A DNA stretch of 40,080 nucleotides from Actinomycetota bacterium. Its GTDB lineage: Bacteria > Actinomycetota > Actinomycetes > Nanopelagicales > Nanopelagicaceae. A program made the translations under genes and the position numbers. The notes below the pieces were generated by a model. The model made no database searches. It worked only from the letters and a program-made list of their open reading frames with translations, and had not been told where the DNA came from. The DNA lies in NCBI GenBank assembly GCA_009702205.1, contig WLIM01000001.1:1-40080 (forward strand). The letters run 5' to 3'. This document shows positions 35,071-40,080 of the stretch, piece by piece; positions within the stretch are counted from its first letter, which is position 1, and each line of letters begins with the position of its first letter.

Positions 35071-36005
35071 TGTTTAACTTCGAAACTAGTCTTGGTCAAG
35101 CTTCCTTTGCGAATCCAATTTTCACTGCGAGCGGCTGTGCGGGTTCTGGACGCGAGTTAAGTCAATTCTTTGAGTTGACCGAATTGGGGGCAGTCGTAAC
35201 TAAATCAATTATGTTAAAGCCACGATCAGGACGGGCAACTCCACGTATGGCTGAAACTCCTAGTGGCATGCTCAACTCAATTGGATTACAAGGACCTGGT
35301 ATAGATATTTTCTTAGAGAAAGATATTCCGTGGTTGCGAGATCAAGGTGCAAATATTGTTGTAAGCATTGCAGGGGAAAGCGTTGAAGATTATGCAGTTC
35401 TAGCTCGCAAACTTAGATCTGTATCTGGGATCTCAGCTCTTGAAGTAAATATCTCATGTCCAAATGTTGAAAACCGTGGCCAAGTTTTTGCCTGTCATCC
35501 AGAGACAGCTCGTGCGGCAATCGAAGCTGTTCGCAGAAATATTGGCGGCGAACTTCCTATCATCGCGAAATTGACTCCAGATGTAACTAGCATCGCAATG
35601 ATCGCGGAGGAAGTTGTTGCAGCGGGGGCTGACGCCTTAGCTCTGATTAATACTGTTCTGGGAATGGTTATCGATACAAACACAATGAGACCTAAATTGG
35701 CAGGCAAAACAGGTGGACTCTCTGGCCCAGCAATAAGGCCGGTGGCTGTGCGTGCGATTTATCAAGTTCATGAAGCAATGCCGCAGGTAAAAATTCTAGG
35801 AATGGGTGGCGTCGCAACGGGCCGGGATGCCTTCGAATTAATCCTTGCTGGTGCATCTGCAGTCTCTATTGGTACAGCAACTTTTGGAAATCCAACTGCT
35901 GTAATGAAAATTAAGGAAGAATTGAAGGCAGGGCTAATAGCTCACGGCTTCGATTCCCTGAAAGAAGCGGTTGGCTACGCTCATAGAGTTGAGGGGAATT
36001 TATAG
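35070..36005 (+). CDS. pyrD: Dihydroorotate dehydrogenase class 1B catalytic subunit
   Basis: TASGC, VTKS, MLNSIGLQGPG, EVNISCPN, INT, GGLSGPAIRP. ATG at 35070. Confidence 0.96.
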   Translation: MFNFETSLGQASFANPIFTASGCAGSGRELSQFFELTELGAVVTKSIMLKPRSGRATPRMAETPSGMLNSIGLQGPGIDIFLEKDIPWLRDQGANIVVSIAGESVEDYAVLARKLRSVSGISALEVNISCPNVENRGQVFACHPETARAAIEAVRRNIGGELPIIAKLTPDVTSIAMIAEEVVAAGADALALINTVLGMVIDTNTMRPKLAGKTGGLSGPAIRPVAVRAIYQVHEAMPQVKILGMGGVATGRDAFELILAGASAVSIGTATFGNPTAVMKIKEELKAGLIAHGFDSLKEAVGYAHRVEGNL

Positions 36006-36703
36006 TGCCAAAATCACCAATCATTCTTGCCCTTGATACTAAAGATTTAGATGTTGCGAAGAGCTGGATAAGTGCTACAAATGAGTCGATTGATATTTAT
36101 AAAATTGGCTTAGAATTTTTCTTGAAATTTGGGGCGGCCGGATTAAAGGAACTGCGGAATAGTGGAGATTTTGCAGTATTTCTCGATTTAAAGCTTCACG
36201 ATATTCCCAATACCGTCGCAGGTGCCGTCGCATCAGTTGCTGATTTGAACCCTAAATTTCTAACAATTCATGCGAGCGGCGGCGCAGCGATGATCAAAGC
36301 AGCTGCGGATAGTGGGCCAGAAATTTCGATCACAGCGGTAACTATTCTTACTTCATTGACTGAAAGCGACGTTACTGAAATCGGCTTTTCTAAAGATGCC
36401 AAAACAAGTGCGATTAATCTTGCAAAGCTAGCCGCTGAAAATGGAGCCCGCTCGATTGTCTGTTCACCCTTTGAAGCGGCAGCAATTCGCAGCGCCATTG
36501 GGGCTCATATCGAAATCATTACTCCTGGAGTCCGACCAATTGGTGGCGATGTTGGCGATCAAAAGCGAGTTATGACTCCTGAAGAAGCAATTAGCGCTGG
36601 CGCTAATTATCTAGTTATTGGACGCCCGATAACAGATTTGGCAAGGCAATCGCTCTCTGCAATGTCATCGGGCGCTGCAAAAATTCTTGCTAGCCTTCAA
36701 TAA
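36005..36703 (+). CDS. pyrF: Orotidine-5'-phosphate decarboxylase
   Basis: ILALD, FLDLKLHDIPNTV, VTILTS, TPGVRP, DQKRVMTP, VIGRPI. Confidence 0.97.
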   Translation: MPKSPIILALDTKDLDVAKSWISATNESIDIYKIGLEFFLKFGAAGLKELRNSGDFAVFLDLKLHDIPNTVAGAVASVADLNPKFLTIHASGGAAMIKAAADSGPEISITAVTILTSLTESDVTEIGFSKDAKTSAINLAKLAAENGARSIVCSPFEAAAIRSAIGAHIEIITPGVRPIGGDVGDQKRVMTPEEAISAGANYLVIGRPITDLARQSLSAMSSGAAKILASLQ

Positions 36704-36705
36704 AT

Positions 36706-37587
36706 ATGGCTAACTTTCCGCCAAAGCTCTCCAGAGAAGCGCTAGCCGCAGCTGGGGAGAAGGCGATCGCATCTAGACGTGAACGTGCTTTGGTAAAGAA
36801 GATGTTAGCTGATGGCTCGCTCAATATTTTCGAGGCAATAAATGACGCCCGCGATTCAATTCAAAGAATGCGAGTTCGCGACCTATTGGATGCAGCTCCG
36901 GGAATCGGAGAACGAAGAGCCTTTACAATTATGGAGAAGGCGGGCATATCTCATTCGCGTAGAATTGCGGGACTGGGGGCACACCAATTACGCAAACTAC
37001 GAGATGAGATGATTTTGAATAAAGTTCCGATTAATGAAGGAACCCTAATTGTTATGTCTGGCCCCGGCGGTGTTGGAAAGAGCACGATTACTTCTCACCT
37101 TAGAAATCATCCATCTGTTTTAGTTTCTGTTTCGGTCACCACTCGTGAGCCACGAGAAAATGAAATTGATGGCCGCGATTATCATTTTATTACTGAAGAA
37201 AAATTCGATCAGATGATTGCGCGAAATGAATTTCTCGAATGGGCCGAGTTTGCAGGTGCGAGATATGGAACGCTGCGAAAGAGTGTTGAAGATGGAAGAT
37301 CAATAGGAAAACATGTTCTTCTGGAAATTGAAATCGCTGGCGCTAGGCAGATTCGCAAGGCTGAGCCCGAGGCTCTTCTAGTTTTTATCTCACCGCCTTC
37401 TTGGGAAGATTTAGTAGAGCGCCTAACCTCCCGTGGAACAGACTCGCCTGAGCGAAGAGCAGCCCGATTGGCCTTAGCGGAAGAAGAGATGGCTTGTGCA
37501 AGTGAATTCGATGAAGTTCTCGTAAATCACCGGGTCGAAGATGTAGCCGCAACACTGCTATCCTTGGCCTCTTCGAGGAGCAAATAG
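36706..37587 (+). CDS. gmk: Fusion protein: actinobacterial integration host factor (mIHF/sIHF, aa ~1-102) plus guanylate kinase (aa ~113-293)
   Basis: N-terminal [25 protein letters not shown]...[36 protein letters not shown] is mIHF-like; C-terminal [36 protein letters not shown]...YGT, FISPPS is Gmk. No stop codon between them. Confidence 0.9.
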   Translation: MANFPPKLSREALAAAGEKAIASRRERALVKKMLADGSLNIFEAINDARDSIQRMRVRDLLDAAPGIGERRAFTIMEKAGISHSRRIAGLGAHQLRKLRDEMILNKVPINEGTLIVMSGPGGVGKSTITSHLRNHPSVLVSVSVTTREPRENEIDGRDYHFITEEKFDQMIARNEFLEWAEFAGARYGTLRKSVEDGRSIGKHVLLEIEIAGARQIRKAEPEALLVFISPPSWEDLVERLTSRGTDSPERRAARLALAEEEMACASEFDEVLVNHRVEDVAATLLSLASSRSK

Positions 37588-37636
37588 CCTCCAATATTTA
37601 GATAACCAGAAGTTCAAGATTTCAGGAAGGCTCGTT

Positions 37637-37915
37637 ATGACAACAATGGATGGCATTACTAACCCACCAATCGATCAATTGCTTGATGCTGCTGGTTCAA
37701 AATACAGTTTGGTTCTATACGCGGCTAAGCGCGCGCGCCAAATCAATGCATATTATTCACAACTAGGCGAAGGCCTTCTTGAATATGTAGGGCCGCTAGT
37801 CGAGACCTATGTTCACGAGAAGCCACTTTCAATTGCGCTTCGTGAAATCAACGAAGGATTATTGACTATCGAAAATCTGGAGCCAGTGGCACCAGAGGCA
37901 AGTCCTGCTGAATAA
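37637..37915 (+). CDS. rpoZ: RNA polymerase omega subunit
   Basis: [11 protein letters not shown]...[20 protein letters not shown]...[11 protein letters not shown]. Confidence 0.97.
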   Translation: MTTMDGITNPPIDQLLDAAGSKYSLVLYAAKRARQINAYYSQLGEGLLEYVGPLVETYVHEKPLSIALREINEGLLTIENLEPVAPEASPAE

Positions 37916-37943
37916 TTTTTTATCCTAGAAAATATCAATCTCC

Positions 37944-39134
37944 ATGACACTCCAAGGTCGAGAACTTATTCTTGGCGTTGGTGGCGGAATCTCAGCTTAT
38001 AAATCTGCCGACCTTCTGCGCAGGCTTCAAGATCTAGGCTTTGGCGTAACTGTTATACCAACTCGGTCTAGTTTAAATTTTGTTGGAACTTCAACTTGGG
38101 AAGCACTATCGGGTCGAAGCGTAAATCCAAGTCTCTGGAACAATGTTCACGAGGTCCCTCATATCAAAGCCGCAAGATCTGCAAACATAATTGTTGTTGC
38201 ACCTGCGACGGCGGATCTTCTAGCGAAAATTGCAAATGGTATTTGTGATGACTTATTGACAAACACTATAAGCGCTAGCAAAAGCCCAATAGTTTTGGTT
38301 CCAGCCATGCATCCTGAAATGTGGCTGAATCACGCAACCGTAGCTAACGTAGAAAGATTGCGAAGTCGTGGTTTTTTGGTAATTGAACCTGATGAAGGTC
38401 GAATGACGGGTGATGATTTTGGTGTTGGAAGATATCCGGAAGTCTCAAGGATTGTCTCCGAAATATCGAAATTTGCTGAACTAAATTCTGATCTTCTTGG
38501 AAAGAAAATACTAGTAACTGCAGGTGGCACACGAGAAGCAATTGATCCCGTGAGATTTATCGGCAATATTTCAAGTGGCAAACAGGGCTATGCCCTAGCT
38601 AAAGCCGCGAGAAATAGGGGAGCAGAAGTTGTTTTAATCGCGGCGAATACGAACCTTCCACCTATTGATGGCATCAGAACGATTAACGTTGTCAGCGCGT
38701 TGGATATGCAACGTGAGCTTGCAGTGGAGTTCGAGAAATGCGACGCGATATTCATGACAGCTGCTGTTGCTGACGCAAAACCCAAAGAACGTAATACCGA
38801 GAAAATTAAGAAGATTAATTTAGATAAAATTGAGTTAGAAGAGAATCCAGATCTATTAGTTGAAATAGCAAAAAGAGCGAAGGCCGAACAAGTCCTAGTT
38901 GCTTTCGCAGCTGAAACCGGAGAAGTTGATCTAGGTGCGGCAACCGAAAAACTCAGAAGAAAAGGCGCTGCACTTCTATATTTGAATAATGTAAGTGGTG
39001 GCGCGATTTTTGGGTCGGATAGAACCAGCGGTTATATTTTGGATGCTAATGGGTTGCAAATTCATTGTCCAGATCAAGATAAAGACACGCTCGCTGATCT
39101 ACTGTTAGATCAAGCCCGAATTAAGTTAGGCTAA
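37944..39134 (+). CDS. coaBC: Bifunctional phosphopantothenoylcysteine decarboxylase / ligase
   Basis: [66 protein letters not shown]. Confidence 0.97.
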   Translation: MTLQGRELILGVGGGISAYKSADLLRRLQDLGFGVTVIPTRSSLNFVGTSTWEALSGRSVNPSLWNNVHEVPHIKAARSANIIVVAPATADLLAKIANGICDDLLTNTISASKSPIVLVPAMHPEMWLNHATVANVERLRSRGFLVIEPDEGRMTGDDFGVGRYPEVSRIVSEISKFAELNSDLLGKKILVTAGGTREAIDPVRFIGNISSGKQGYALAKAARNRGAEVVLIAANTNLPPIDGIRTINVVSALDMQRELAVEFEKCDAIFMTAAVADAKPKERNTEKIKKINLDKIELEENPDLLVEIAKRAKAEQVLVAFAAETGEVDLGAATEKLRRKGAALLYLNNVSGGAIFGSDRTSGYILDANGLQIHCPDQDKDTLADLLLDQARIKLG

Positions 39135-39138
39135 ACCA

Positions 39139-40080
39139 ATGACAAAACGACTCTTTACTTCTGAATCAGTTACCGAAGGCCATCCAGACAAGATGGCAGA
39201 TCAAATTTCGGATGCAATTCTCGATTCACTGTTGTCTCAAGATGCTAAGAGCCGCGTCGCAGTAGAAACACTCATCACTACAGGACAAGTTCACGTAGCT
39301 GGAGAAGTTACAACAGATGGCTATGCAGATGTAATGTCGATAGTTCGCGATACTGTTTTGAATATTGGTTATGACTCTTCTGAAAAAGGTTTTGATGGCA
39401 ATTCCTGCGGCGTCTCACTATCAATCGGTCAGCAATCAAGTGACATCGCACAAGGTGTTGATTCAGCGTTCGAAAAACGTGTCTCGTCTTCAGTTGATCC
39501 GCTCGACTTACAAGGCGCCGGTGACCAAGGCTTGATGTTTGGATATGCGTGTGATGACACTCCCGAATTGATGCCACTTCCAATATCACTTGCACACAAA
39601 CTTTCATTACAACTATCTGCAATTCGCAAAGCTGGGGCCGTTGATTACCTACGTCCCGATGGAAAAACTCAAGTAACGATTGAATATAACGGAGATAAAG
39701 CGGTAGCGCTTAACACGATCGTTATCTCTACTCAACATGCACCAGATGTGGATCTGGAGAAGACACTTGCACCAGATTTAAAGAAACTTGTTATCGATCC
39801 AATTATTTCTGGTCTAAATATTGATACATCTGATGTTCGAATATTGATAAATCCGACTGGCCGCTTTGTTATTGGTGGACCGATGGGCGATGCTGGTTTA
39901 ACAGGACGCAAAATTATCGTTGACACTTACGGGGGAATGGCACGCCATGGTGGTGGTGCCTTTTCAGGTAAGGATCCATCTAAAGTTGATAGGAGCGCAG
40001 CCTATGCGATGCGCTGGATTGCAAAGAATGTCGTTGCTGCTGGTCTTGCCACAAGATGTGAAGTTCAAGTTGCATATGCA
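39139..40080 (+). CDS. metK: S-adenosylmethionine synthetase, 5' part (runs off window)
   Basis: Manual translation from ATG 39139: [29 protein letters not shown]...[10 protein letters not shown]...RPDGKTQV...[21 protein letters not shown]...[19 protein letters not shown]. Confidence 0.98.
   Translation, partial: MTKRLFTSESVTEGHPDKMADQISDAILDSLLSQDAKSRVAVETLITTGQVHVAGEVTTDGYADVMSIVRDTVLNIGYDSSEKGFDGNSCGVSLSIGQQSSDIAQGVDSAFEKRVSSSVDPLDLQGAGDQGLMFGYACDDTPELMPLPISLAHKLSLQLSAIRKAGAVDYLRPDGKTQVTIEYNGDKAVALNTIVISTQHAPDVDLEKTLAPDLKKLVIDPIISGLNIDTSDVRILINPTGRFVIGGPMGDAGLTGRKIIVDTYGGMARHGGGAFSGKDPSKVDRSAAYAMRWIAKNVVAAGLATRCEVQVAYA

Noticed and set aside
39125-39141. SAM riboswitch upstream of metK
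   Set aside because: Only 4 nt separate coaBC and metK, and a leaderless-type -10 is present instead.

Overview
Densely packed, almost entirely + strand core-genome segment of a small, relatively low-GC actinobacterium. Gene order, overlapping stop/start codons and loss of usual neighbours fit a streamlined freshwater acI/Nanopelagicales-type organism; this taxonomy is inferred. Gene order: pdxT(3' end)-yebC-ruvCAB-secDF-rel, DUF349 (-), MBL hydrolase-hisS-aspS, a lipoprotein plus atypical FtsH-like AAA+/M41 protease, DUF948-alaS-ruvX-mltG-aroE, A24 prepilin peptidase, aroC-aroK-aroB-aroQ-efp-nusB, a BldD orthologue (-), pyrR-pyrB-pyrC-carA-carB-pyrK-pyrD-pyrF, an in-frame mIHF-guanylate kinase fusion, rpoZ, coaBC and metK (5' part). 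I saw no tRNA/rRNA, CRISPR array or mobile element. Best leads: (1) the nucleoid protein mIHF fused to Gmk; (2) a translationally coupled lipoprotein plus multi-TM FtsH paralogue with large AAA insertions; (3) BldD keeping its c-di-GMP-binding RxD-X8-RxxD signature in an apparently non-sporulating genome. Smaller signals are a PyrR site that sequesters the pyrR SD, a structured DUF349 leader with a coupled uORF, recurrent leaderless promoters and a perfect 20-bp palindrome at the rel/DUF349 junction. All calls rest on motif recognition and synteny; no database search was run.
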